This document shows, piece by piece, positions 1 through 7,756 of a stretch of DNA of 38,497 nt. Position 1 is the first letter of the stretch; each line of letters starts with the position of its first letter. This DNA comes from Deltaproteobacteria bacterium (lineage in GTDB: Bacteria > Desulfobacterota > Desulfobacteria > Desulfobacterales > JAFDFH01): contig JAFDFH010000051.1 of assembly GCA_019309945.1 (NCBI GenBank), positions 1 through 38,497 on the forward strand. The letters are read 5' to 3'. The translations under genes and the position numbers were made by a program. A model generated the notes under the pieces. It was not told the origin of the DNA, made no database searches, and was given only the letters and a program-made list of their open reading frames with translations.

Positions 1-2082
1 ACCGCTTTTTTTGATTTGTCCGTCAAACCCAACCCCGTCGTCTTCTGCCAAAAAGATGATCTTGGGATAGCTTTTGATAATGGAGAGTCGGAAGGTTTCA
101 GCTCCCGAATGTTTCAGGGTATTGGTGAGGGTCTCCTGGCTGAATCGATAAAAAACGGTCTCGATGTCCGGATCCAGTCGACGATCAAATCCAACCATGT
201 GAAATTCAATATCAAGCCCTGAGTGTTTTACGATATCCTTTAAATACAGGTCCAGGGCAGGTTCCAGACCGAGATCGCTCAACAAAGTGGGATGAAGTCG
301 ATAGGAAAGTCGTCTGATCTCAGAGGAAGTCCGAAGAATCATTTTCCGGATTTCACCGATCTGCACTTTGAAATGATTGTCTTGGCCTGGCACGCTTTCT
401 TCCAGCCGCTCCAAGCCCAGATTTACGGCGGTCAAGGCCTGCCCCGCTTCGTCGTGCAGTTCCCGGGCAATCCGGCGTCGTTCCGCTTCCTGTCCCTGAA
501 AAAGCTTTTTAGTGAGTCGCCTTAAGTCCTGTCGATGGCGGCTGATCGATTTCATTAATTGGGTATTCTCGATGGCACCCCCCAAAAAATTGCCCAGCGA
601 ACCCAGCAAATGCAATTCATGTTCGCTCAACTTACGCGTCATGGGAATGTCGAGAGCGAAAAAACCGACGCCCTTGCCCTTGAAGGTGATCAGAAAACAA
701 AATAGCCAGGGAATGACCCGGTCCCCCTTGGCTAAATATTTCACCTGAAAAGCAGGAAAGGTGGGTTCGGGAATGACGGCGGCATCATCTTCAATAAGGT
801 GCCGCCTCAGCTGGGTATCTTTGAAAATGGCCAGTCCCTGGTGTTTAAGGTCTTCGGCCGGCAGGCCGTATCTAACCTGAAGCACGGCTTTATGCCGAGC
901 CGAGTCAATCACAAAAAGGGCACCCCGTTTCAGCTGGAGGGCCATAAGAATATCTTTTAAAGTCACCATCAGAATGTGATTCAGATCCAGCGACAGATTC
1001 AGGGCCACAGCAATACTGTTTAGAAGGGAAAGCTCCTGGTTTCTCTTTTTTAGAATTTCTTCCGTTCGCTTACGGTCCGTAATATCTTTGATGATTCCAT
1101 TGAATTCAACATCCCCGGTTTCCGGGTTTTCATAGCGCCGGCTGGACATCAATACATGCACCGGTGATCCATCGGCGGCCTTAAAATCAACCTCATAGTC
1201 TTTTACGTAATCATCCCGGTTTATTTTCTCCAAAAACGTCTCCCGGTCCACAGGGTTATAATACAGCCGCTTGGCCGAGCCAATCCCCAGCAACTCCGTC
1301 TTGTTCCGGTACCTCAGCATCTTTATACCAGCCTGATTCACATCCAAAAGCCGGCCCTGTTGGTTGGAGGTATAAATCATGTCTCGCCGGATCTCTTCCT
1401 GGAGGTGTTTGAGCTCCGTTACATCTTTAAATATCTCGATACCCCCGGTAACACGTCCCGCATGATCGACAAAAACGGATGTCGAGCAAAGCACCGGGAT
1501 CTTCCGGCCCTCGAGGTCGACAATTTCAAACTCACGATTGCGGATATTGTAACCCCCGGCCGTCGCAAGTTTAAAAGCACAATCGGTCCCACAGACGGGG
1601 CTCTTGAAAACATCCTTACAGTACATTCCGATCGCTTCATCAGCGGGAAACCCCGTGATTTCCTCTGCGGCGGGATTGAAATACGTAATCCGCCGGTCCC
1701 CATCCATGGTAAACAGGCCGTCCGGAATACGATTTAAAATCTCGATATGGCTTTCTTCCTTTTGATACAACTGTTCGAGCGTTTTAACATTGTATTTTTG
1801 GATCTCGTCCGCCAGAAAATAATTCCACCCCTTAGGATGTCGATCACCATTCGCTTTGAAGTACACACATCCAAGACAGATGGCCAGTCTTTCAAAAAAA
1901 TCCATTTCCGGATTAGGACTGCAGTGGGTCCGCGGAACCAGCCAGCAATCGCCATTTTTCTTCCCATGGGCCGGGCAGAGCACCCTGGAACAGGACATAT
2001 ACTCCCAGCAGGCCTGCCCGGGTGCAGTATCCCACTTTTTAAGCGCTATAGGGTTGAGATGATTTTCGTGCAACAAACTCAC
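1..2082 (-). CDS. Sensor histidine kinase, partial (C-terminus beyond the window edge): Cys-rich two-CW-like module, 2 PAS, GAF, HisKA_3, HATPase_c
   Basis: The minus-strand frame is open from 2184 to position 1. It is missing from the ORF track because it has no stop in the window. My translation shows CWEYMSCSRVLCPAHGKKNGDCW at the N-terminus, then PAS-like ILNRIPDGLFTMDGDRRITYFNPAAEEITG and MIYTSNQQGRLLDVNQAGIKML, then a GAF-like stretch. The H-box is ARELHDEAGQ (NarX/HisKA_3 type) and the ATPase boxes are ETLTNTLKHSGA and AEDDGVGFD. The start is uncertain: GTG at 2082 follows AAAGGAG by 9 nt, and alternative in-frame starts are ATG 2160, ATG 2142 and ATG 1998. Confidence 0.8.
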   Translation of the reverse strand, partial: MSLLHENHLNPIALKKWDTAPGQACWEYMSCSRVLCPAHGKKNGDCWLVPRTHCSPNPEMDFFERLAICLGCVYFKANGDRHPKGWNYFLADEIQKYNVKTLEQLYQKEESHIEILNRIPDGLFTMDGDRRITYFNPAAEEITGFPADEAIGMYCKDVFKSPVCGTDCAFKLATAGGYNIRNREFEIVDLEGRKIPVLCSTSVFVDHAGRVTGGIEIFKDVTELKHLQEEIRRDMIYTSNQQGRLLDVNQAGIKMLRYRNKTELLGIGSAKRLYYNPVDRETFLEKINRDDYVKDYEVDFKAADGSPVHVLMSSRRYENPETGDVEFNGIIKDITDRKRTEEILKKRNQELSLLNSIAVALNLSLDLNHILMVTLKDILMALQLKRGALFVIDSARHKAVLQVRYGLPAEDLKHQGLAIFKDTQLRRHLIEDDAAVIPEPTFPAFQVKYLAKGDRVIPWLFCFLITFKGKGVGFFALDIPMTRKLSEHELHLLGSLGNFLGGAIENTQLMKSISRHRQDLRRLTKKLFQGQEAERRRIARELHDEAGQALTAVNLGLERLEESVPGQDNHFKVQIGEIRKMILRTSSEIRRLSYRLHPTLLSDLGLEPALDLYLKDIVKHSGLDIEFHMVGFDRRLDPDIETVFYRFSQETLTNTLKHSGAETFRLSIIKSYPKIIFLAEDDGVGFDGQIKKSG

Positions 2083-2653
2083 AGTACGAATCTCCTTTGG
2101 CCCGGCAAAGCATTTCCGCGGCTGAAAACGAGAAACACCCATCCGGGTAATCTTCCCCATACACCAGCCCCATAAAGGCCGCCGTCACCCCTCGAAGCAT
2201 ATAACATTTTCCGGAATCCGCACGCGCGTAACGTTTGAGATAACCATCGGCTTCATATGAATCACGCACCCGTATGACCAATTGCTCGCCGGGAATCAGT
2301 GCTTTGATCTCCATATCCCCCCAGCCGAAAGCCATCGCCAGGGCGCAAAAGCCATGAACCTGATCTTCTTTGCTTTCAATCATGGGCGCGACAAGTTGCT
2401 CCCATTCCCAGGAGCTACGGATCCCCTGAAAGGTTGCATAACCACACTCCTGGGCGGCTTTAATGAGAAGCGCCTCGGCCTGGCCGGCGCGTTCCTGGCC
2501 CATCTTCTTTTCAAAATCAAAAGAGATTTTGTTGTAATATTCCACCGAAAACAGAGAAAGATAGACGCCAAAAAGCGGGATAATCCCCTTTGAATCCCGA
2601 ATCCGGCTGCCTTCCATAACGGCATGCAGAATCTTACGGGTATCAATGGCCAT
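2039..2653 (-). CDS. V4R (4-vinyl-reductase-type ligand-binding) domain protein
   Basis: 204-aa ORF. The C-terminus GKCYMLRGV...EMLCRAKGDSYCEFV fits the V4R C..G...C.F pattern. Its start is joined to the upstream stop as TAAATG. Confidence 0.6.
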   Translation of the reverse strand: MAIDTRKILHAVMEGSRIRDSKGIIPLFGVYLSLFSVEYYNKISFDFEKKMGQERAGQAEALLIKAAQECGYATFQGIRSSWEWEQLVAPMIESKEDQVHGFCALAMAFGWGDMEIKALIPGEQLVIRVRDSYEADGYLKRYARADSGKCYMLRGVTAAFMGLVYGEDYPDGCFSFSAAEMLCRAKGDSYCEFVARKSSQPYSA

Positions 2654-3178
2654 TTAACGCTCCGTTACCCTGAACACGCACGCCTCCTTGCGCATCATTT
2701 TACATTCCCGCTCTTCAACCGCATAGTAACCAAGATTACGATTGTAGATAACTTCCAGAATTCCTGCAATCCATCCCCGCGAAAAATGGCACCCGGGCGT
2801 CTCGCGTCTTCCGTGTTTGGCCAGCCAACCGGTGACATGATGGCTGGATGTGCTGATCACCCGGCCTCCCGGGGGCCCGATTTTCTTAAAATGAATAATT
2901 CCCAATCCACAATTTTGATAAATGGTAGCGGCCAGTTCCAGCCTTGATTTTATGGTCTTGATCCGGCCATACTGATCCAGGAAGAATTTGAACCCCATAA
3001 AGCTCGCCTCTTCGGCCGCTTCAAACAGCATTCGGACGCCATCGCCGTCCAGGGTGTCTTCCAGTGTCTTATGAAGATTGATGTTATAATGATGGCAATG
3101 CATGGCAATCGGCAACCCCGACAGAACCACCCGATGGCCGTCACGAGACAGTTCTTTGCGCCAGTTAATGAGCTGCAT
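2654..3178 (-). CDS. V4R domain protein (second paralogue)
   Basis: 174-aa ORF. The C-terminus CHFSRGWIAGILEV...EERECKMMRKEACVFRV shows the same V4R-type pattern. It is the first gene of the apparent V4R-V4R-kinase operon. Confidence 0.6.
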   Translation of the reverse strand: MQLINWRKELSRDGHRVVLSGLPIAMHCHHYNINLHKTLEDTLDGDGVRMLFEAAEEASFMGFKFFLDQYGRIKTIKSRLELAATIYQNCGLGIIHFKKIGPPGGRVISTSSHHVTGWLAKHGRRETPGCHFSRGWIAGILEVIYNRNLGYYAVEERECKMMRKEACVFRVTER

Positions 3179-3244
3179 GGATCATCCCCGTTAGTTCCTT
3201 AGTTGTAAATTTTGTGCTTTTTGTGGAAAACCTTTTTCCATTCT

Positions 3245-3350
3245 GCCACTAAGGCACCAAGGCACGAAGAAAGAATAATAAATATATCTTTTGTGTCTTA
3301 GTGTCTTTGTGGCAAATATTTTTGGTGCCGGTTTGTCCGGGTTAGGTAAA
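3245..3350. repeat. Family E repeat: hairpin of 8-nt sub-repeats plus conserved tail
   Basis: GCCAC-TAAGGCAC-CAAGGCAC (3245-3265) is the inverted complement of GTGTCTTA-GTGTCTTT-GTGGC (3293-3313). The tail AAATATTTTTGGTGCCGGTTTGTCCGGGTTAGGTA recurs at 14347-14382. ORF 3191..3379 is a by-product of this repeat. Confidence 0.75.
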
Positions 3351-3482
3351 AAAAGATAAATAATCTCATAGACCTTCATCGAATTATGCCAGTTTGTTTA
3401 TTATGTCAAGATTTAAACGGGACAGCCTTTTTCAGACCCTTCGGCCAAATGCATAGCGCTGCTGAAATTGCTGCTATTAAAT

Positions 3483-3511
3483 TTGACAAAAGGTCCTTTG
3501 ATCGTTATAAT
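3483..3511 (+). promoter_or_regulatory. Sigma70-type promoter candidate for the COG0523 gene
   Basis: TTGACA (3483-3488), a 17-nt spacer, then TATAAT (3506-3511), 41 nt upstream of the ATG at 3553. Confidence 0.55.
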
Positions 3512-3552
3512 TCATGGTCAAATTGTGTTTTAATACAAGAAGGAGAAAGCGC

Positions 3553-4512
3553 ATGAACCCTTCAACGACATCCTGGGATAATGAAAAGGCCAAGGTCACG
3601 CTTCTGTCCGGTTTTCTGGGGGCCGGCAAAACCACACTGCTAAAACGGATTCTCGCATGGGAAACAGACCTCTCCGGGACCGCTGTCATTGTCAATGAGT
3701 TCGGAGCGGTGGGAATTGACGGTTCCATGCTCAAAGACAGTGCCGCGAATATGGTGGAATTTAAAAGCGGATGTGTCTGCTGCGTTCTCAAGGCGGAATT
3801 TAACATCGGACTGAAAAAAATCTGGAATGAACTCAAACCCAAACGCATTCTTATTGAAGCCTCGGGGGTTGCCGACCCGGATTCAATTAAGAAAGTGTTT
3901 GATGAGGTGGGAATCCGGGAGCATATGGAAGTCACAAATATTATTACTGTTCTGGATGCGGATTTTTGGGAAGCGCGAGAGCACCTGGGGCCGCTCTTTT
4001 TTCATCAACTTGAGGATGCGAACTTGATTCTTTTAAATAAGATCGACCTCATCGGCGAAGAGAAAGTTCCACAGATGCTAAAAGAACTCCATGAGACCAT
4101 CCCTAATACGCAGGTAATCCCCACCCGCCACTGTGCCGTGGATCCCGAAACCCTTTGGTCAGTCGATCACCAGAAAGACTTCGGGATGGAACCGGGGGAA
4201 TTTTTTGAAGAAGACCACCACGATCATGATCCCAAGGAACATGAAAGGTACGTGCCATTTCATTTCATCGATACGGCACCGTTAAATGAAGACTGCTTCC
4301 AAAATTTCACACAAAATCTGCCCTGGGAAGTATTCCGGATGAAAGGAACGGTCTACTTTAAAAACGGCACCCGAATGATCAATTTCGTAGGCGGCAAGAG
4401 TGAGTGGATCGACTGGGAGGACACCAAAGAAACCCGCCTGGCCTTTGTCGGTATGTGGGTCAATCCGGAGGAAATTCTCCAGGACCTGAAAAACTGTATT
4501 GACAAACCGTAA
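3553..4512 (+). CDS. COG0523/CobW-family G3E P-loop GTPase (putative metallochaperone)
   Basis: Walker A GFLGAGKTTLL, the GCVCC metal motif, NKIDL, and a His-rich linker EEDHHDHDPKEHE. I chose the start at ATG 3553 (AAGGAG 7 nt upstream) rather than the track's GTG at 3514. Confidence 0.85.
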   Translation: MNPSTTSWDNEKAKVTLLSGFLGAGKTTLLKRILAWETDLSGTAVIVNEFGAVGIDGSMLKDSAANMVEFKSGCVCCVLKAEFNIGLKKIWNELKPKRILIEASGVADPDSIKKVFDEVGIREHMEVTNIITVLDADFWEAREHLGPLFFHQLEDANLILLNKIDLIGEEKVPQMLKELHETIPNTQVIPTRHCAVDPETLWSVDHQKDFGMEPGEFFEEDHHDHDPKEHERYVPFHFIDTAPLNEDCFQNFTQNLPWEVFRMKGTVYFKNGTRMINFVGGKSEWIDWEDTKETRLAFVGMWVNPEEILQDLKNCIDKP

Positions 4513-4622
4513 CCCGGACAAACCGGTTGAAGCGAAGCGGAAATCCCGATTTAGCGGAGAACCAAACAAGTTTTCGTTTTTTGTGCAATCAACCTTGATG
4601 AACTCGTAAAAAGTCCGATTTA

Positions 4623-4747
4623 GACGGTTTTGTAAAAAGTTCAAATTTAAGGCGTGCAAATTTTGTAATCATGAGGCGTACTTATCGTACGCTGAATGAT
4701 TGCGAAATGCAGCCCAACGCAGAAGTTGGACTTTTTACGAAACCGTC
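4623..4747 (-). mobile_element. Family F foldback element, copy F1 (125 bp)
   Basis: Termini are GACGGTTTTGTAAAAAGT ... ACTTTTTACGAAACCGTC. It is the near-identical reverse complement of 5199-5323 and has an internal hairpin GTAATCATGAGGCGTAC/GTACGCTGAATGATTGC. Confidence 0.75.
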
Positions 4748-4752
4748 AACTT

Positions 4753-5160
4753 TTACAACTTGACCACTACTTCATCATTGATCACCTCCACGTCATAGAT
4801 CTCAAGATCGCCCTTGGCCGGGCCACTGAGGCGTTTGCCTTGAAGGTCATAGGTGGAATGGTTCACGCTGCAACACCGCAGTATCGCTTCACCGGCCACA
4901 GGGTCCAGTTTCCGATGACCCATATGGGTGCAACGATTTGTAAAAGCCAGGTACCCGTTATCCTTTGTATGAACAACCAGAACAGGATATTTCAGGCCCT
5001 TGCCTTTTAAATAAATGGCCCCATCAGCCGCGGCCAATTCCGGCGCCTGTTCAATCTGGATACGCGCGCTGTTCCCTTCAAGACGCCACATGTCTGGGCG
5101 GAGTTCTTGTGTTTCACAGATACCGAGAACCGCTTTAAAAAAATCTGTAATCTTACCCAT
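4753..5160 (-). CDS. Small Rieske-like [2Fe-2S] domain protein
   Basis: CTHMGH ... CCSVNHS resembles the Rieske CxH...CxxH pair, although the second half has non-standard spacing. I set the start at ATG 5160 with GAAAGGAG upstream. The track's longer N-terminus (to 5250) is translated from repeat F2. Confidence 0.6.
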   Translation of the reverse strand: MGKITDFFKAVLGICETQELRPDMWRLEGNSARIQIEQAPELAAADGAIYLKGKGLKYPVLVVHTKDNGYLAFTNRCTHMGHRKLDPVAGEAILRCCSVNHSTYDLQGKRLSGPAKGDLEIYDVEVINDEVVVKL

Positions 5161-5198
5161 GGGAAATCTCCTTTCTTTTTCTTTTAAAAAATAATATT

Positions 5199-5323
5199 GA
5201 CGGTTTCGAAAAAAGTCCAACTTCTGCGTTGTGCTGCATTTTGTAATCATTCAACGTACGATAAGTACGCCTCATGATTACAAAATTTGCACGCCTTGAA
5301 TTTAAACTTTTTTCGAAACCGTC
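5199..5323 (+). mobile_element. Family F foldback element, copy F2 (125 bp)
   Basis: Perfect 18-bp terminal inverted repeat GACGGTTTCGAAAAAAGT / ACTTTTTTCGAAACCGTC. It is in inverted orientation relative to F1. Confidence 0.75.
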
Positions 5324-5379
5324 TTACGGGTCATCAATATTGACACCTTCGCAAAAAGGTTGAAAAAAGTATTTTTTAC

Positions 5380-5540
5380 GAGCGAGCCAGTTTCAAAACG
5401 TTTCAGTTTGTTCAAGGTCAAGGAAGGCGATCCGCCTGAGGCGGATTAACCACAGGAATACATTGAGTATTTCGAGGATTAAAATTTGAGCCTGACGCAG
5501 AGATTGGGCAAAATGGGACGTTTTGAAATTGGCTCGAGCG
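5380..5540 (-). mobile_element. Family Av foldback element (A-type core, different termini), full copy
   Basis: Termini are CGAGCGAGCCAGTTTCAAAACG ... CGTTTTGAAATTGGCTCGAGCG. The core (TTGTTCAAGGTCAAGG, ACCACAGGAATA, TTCGAGGATTAAAATTTGAGC, ACGCAGAGATTGGGCAAAA) is homologous to family A. The first ~93 bp recur at 27144-27236. Confidence 0.7.
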
Positions 5541-5549
5541 TGTTTTGTA

Positions 5550-6212
5550 TTAAAGCCGTTTAAGCCCGGTAACAACCCCATGGCACCGACAGGCCGTACA
5601 GACGGCAAGATGGCCTTTGGCCTGTTCCACCTCTGACAGCAGATCAAAAAGCTGTTCCGGACGGTACCCGCCAATGCCCGGTCCCAGCTGGTAACTGCGA
5701 ATAACCAGCGGCTGAAACGGCGGTACTTTGATATCTCCCAATATTTCGAACATATTACGTTCTCTGGTCGTTTGGGTCACCGTGCAGACATCTTCGGGTT
5801 CCGCACAATCATCCGGGCATGTAAAATCGGCATGACTCACATAAAGGTTCCCATCAGGTCCTCGCAGCGGATTGGGGACCTGCATCTCCATTTCAGGTGG
5901 TAACGGAATTCGATCCAGCCGTTCAGGACCCAGGCGAAGGAGGCACCACTCCGCGGCCAGGTGAATGGGCAACGCCGGTATGATCCAGTCCGGTTTATTC
6001 TCAGGGCTGAGATGACGATCTACAAAACCCACCCCATCTACCTGTTCGAGTCTGCAATTTTCACCCTTGGCCCGCAATAGATTCTGTTCATTGGGGTCCA
6101 CCAGAACAAAATGCCGATCCTTACCGCTCTTTGACAGTCTCTGAAAAGATATAAACCCGAACTGCCCAACGCCGATAATCCATATTTTTTCCATTGTATC
6201 ATTCCAGTTCAA
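5550..6212 (-). CDS. Rossmann-type NAD(P)-binding protein with two C-terminal Cys clusters, function unknown
   Basis: KIWIIGVGQFG glycine-rich loop at the N-terminus, then CPDDC-x7-C and CTACRC clusters. The start could be ATG 6212 or ATG 6194. I recognise no family. Confidence 0.55.
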   Translation of the reverse strand: MNWNDTMEKIWIIGVGQFGFISFQRLSKSGKDRHFVLVDPNEQNLLRAKGENCRLEQVDGVGFVDRHLSPENKPDWIIPALPIHLAAEWCLLRLGPERLDRIPLPPEMEMQVPNPLRGPDGNLYVSHADFTCPDDCAEPEDVCTVTQTTRERNMFEILGDIKVPPFQPLVIRSYQLGPGIGGYRPEQLFDLLSEVEQAKGHLAVCTACRCHGVVTGLKRL

Positions 6213-6225
6213 AAGTGTTTAGTGT

Positions 6226-6299
6226 TTCGAATTTTGAGGATTAAAATCTGAGCCTGACGCCGAAATTGGGAAAAATAGCAGTTTGCGTTCAGGCACTAC
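6226..6299 (-). repeat. Family Av half-copy
   Basis: TTCGAATTTTGAGGATTAAAATCTGAGCCTGACGCCGAAATTGGGAAAAA matches the right half of 5380-5540 but has a different outer end. Confidence 0.6.
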
Positions 6300-6303
6300 T
6301 TAA

Positions 6304-6450
6304 CTAGTGTCCATCCAGAAATGAGGATTTTTGTTTAAGATCAAGGCCTGCGAAAAAAATAACCACAGGCATATGTTTGATATTCCGAGGATTATTTTTT
6401 GAGCATAACGCAGATCTTGGGCAAAAAGACCATTTATGGATGGGCACTAA
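6304..6450 (-). mobile_element. Family A foldback element, copy A1 (147 bp)
   Basis: Layout is CTAG-TGTCCATCCAGAAATGAGG ... CCATTTATGGATGGGCA-CTAA. Terminal inverted repeats flank a core that contains the hairpin GCCTGCG/CACAGGC. Confidence 0.8.
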
Positions 6451-6600
6451 CTATTCAACGAGGTCTGAAACTATCCATTACAGAATAGCAGCCATTACCA
6501 TTACAAAATATAAAAGACAAGTCTGAACGTCCAAAAGTAATACCTTGAAAATCAAATTCATGTATGATTAAAAAGAATGTTTTTAAACCGTCGGTTTTAA

Positions 6601-6747
6601 CTAGTGTCCGTCCAGAAACGAGGATTTTTGTTCGAGATCAAGGCATGCGAAAAATTTTACCGCAGGCATATAGTTGATATTCCGAGGATAAGATTTTGAG
6701 CATAACGCAGAAATCGGGCAAAAAGACCGTTTCTGGATGGGCACTAA
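6601..6747 (-). mobile_element. Family A foldback element, copy A2 (147 bp)
   Basis: Layout is CTAG-TGTCCGTCCAGAAACGAGG ... GACCGTTTCTGGATGGGCA-CTAA. It ends 21 nt before the cbiB ATG. Confidence 0.8.
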
Positions 6748-6768
6748 CTATGCAACACAGGCTGTTAA

Positions 6769-7731
6769 ATGGATTTTATAATTTCATGGCATATTCTTCC
6801 TGCCGCATTTATCCTGGATTTAATTTTAGGTGATCCCTTATTTCTTCCACATCCCGTGAGGTGGATGGGACGGGCCATCGAGACGATGGAGCCCCGTTTC
6901 AGAAACCTGCCGCTTCGAGAAACAACTGCGGGTTTTATTTTCTCGTTAGCCCTTATCGTCGGCACATGGTGTCTGGTATTCGCGTTGGTTATTCTCGCCC
7001 GTACCATACATCCCCTGTTTGGGGTCGGAATCGAAATCCTGATTATTTATTACTCTATTTCAGTTCGATGTCTGGTAAAGTCCGCGATGGATGTACACCG
7101 GTCACTTGCACATAAAAACCTGAACGAAGCCCAAAAAAAGGTCTCGCAAATTGTCGGAAGGGATGTTGAACGACTATCAACGCAAGGGGTTGCCCAGGCA
7201 ACGGTCGAAACGGTCGCGGAAAATCTTGTGGACGGCGTTATGGCCCCACTCTTTTTTGCCGCAATCGGAGGCGCTCCCCTGGCCGCGGCATATAAAATGG
7301 TCAATACGCTCGACTCCATGGTCGGATATAAAAATGAGAAATACCGACAGTTTGGAAAAGCTTCTGCCCGCATTGACGATATTGCGAACTTTATCCCCGC
7401 GCGCCTTTCGGTTCCGGTTGTTGCACTTGCATCCCGGATCCTCGCCGGTAAAGGATCGCTTGCATTTCGTACGGCCATGGAAGAGGGCGCCAATCATTCT
7501 AGTCCAAATGCCGGATTTCCTGAGGCTGCGTTTGCCGGGTCTCTGGGTGTTAAACTCGGCGGTGCCCATTATTACCACGGGCACCTTGTTCCCAAACCGC
7601 AAATCGGGATACGATTTGGAACGGTAAACATAAACCATATCAAAAAGGCATGTGATCTGATGATCCTTTCCGCCGTGATATGGCTTTTTATTTTATGGGG
7701 AGCAACCGTTCTCTGGAGATTCTCCTGGTAA
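6769..7731 (+). CDS. cbiB: Adenosylcobinamide-phosphate synthase (CobD/CbiB family)
   Basis: The N-terminus ILDLILGDPLFLPHPVRWMG, an integral-membrane profile, and NHSSPNAGFPEAAFAG are typical of CbiB. Confidence 0.85.
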   Translation: MDFIISWHILPAAFILDLILGDPLFLPHPVRWMGRAIETMEPRFRNLPLRETTAGFIFSLALIVGTWCLVFALVILARTIHPLFGVGIEILIIYYSISVRCLVKSAMDVHRSLAHKNLNEAQKKVSQIVGRDVERLSTQGVAQATVETVAENLVDGVMAPLFFAAIGGAPLAAAYKMVNTLDSMVGYKNEKYRQFGKASARIDDIANFIPARLSVPVVALASRILAGKGSLAFRTAMEEGANHSSPNAGFPEAAFAGSLGVKLGGAHYYHGHLVPKPQIGIRFGTVNINHIKKACDLMILSAVIWLFILWGATVLWRFSW

Positions 7732-7756
7732 ACAACACAGGGGCACAATAGAAAAT

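Noticed and set aside
1360-2175. Plus-strand ORFs 1360..1737, 1747..2175, 1856..2062, 292..748 and the similar antisense ORFs inside cbiB (7050..7638), lptD (25425..26018), Fe-ADH (37089..37508), PSP1 (31412..31812) and others
   Set aside because: They are antisense or out of frame to long ORFs with clear family motifs, and their products are low-complexity and Arg/Pro/Ser-rich.
3380-3552. Cobalamin riboswitch or Zur box upstream of the COG0523 gene, and a riboswitch upstream of cbiB (6213-6768)
   Set aside because: I found no B12-box-like GCCACTG context. The only dyad near the -10 box (TGATCGTTATAATTCATGGTCA) is weak, and I do not know a Zur consensus for this lineage. A covariance-model scan would be needed to exclude either.
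4696-5250. ORF 4696..5010 (+) and the 30-codon N-terminal extension of 4753..5250 (-)
   Set aside because: Their N-termini mirror each other (MIAKCSPTQKLDF / MITKCSTTQKLDF) and come from the two inverted F copies. The Rieske-like gene has a good RBS at the internal ATG 5160.
5393-5674. ORFs 5393..5674 and 27151..27561, which share the C-terminal peptide ILEILNVFLWLIRLRRIAFLDLEQTETF
   Set aside because: The shared peptide is simply the translation of the Av repeat. Both ORFs also overlap real genes on the same or the opposite strand and have no RBS.
6585-6600. Palindrome AAACCG-T-CGGTTT, resembling two joined family-F ends (an excision footprint)
   Set aside because: Only 6+6 nt match, and the GAC of the F terminus is missing. 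This is too short to distinguish from chance.
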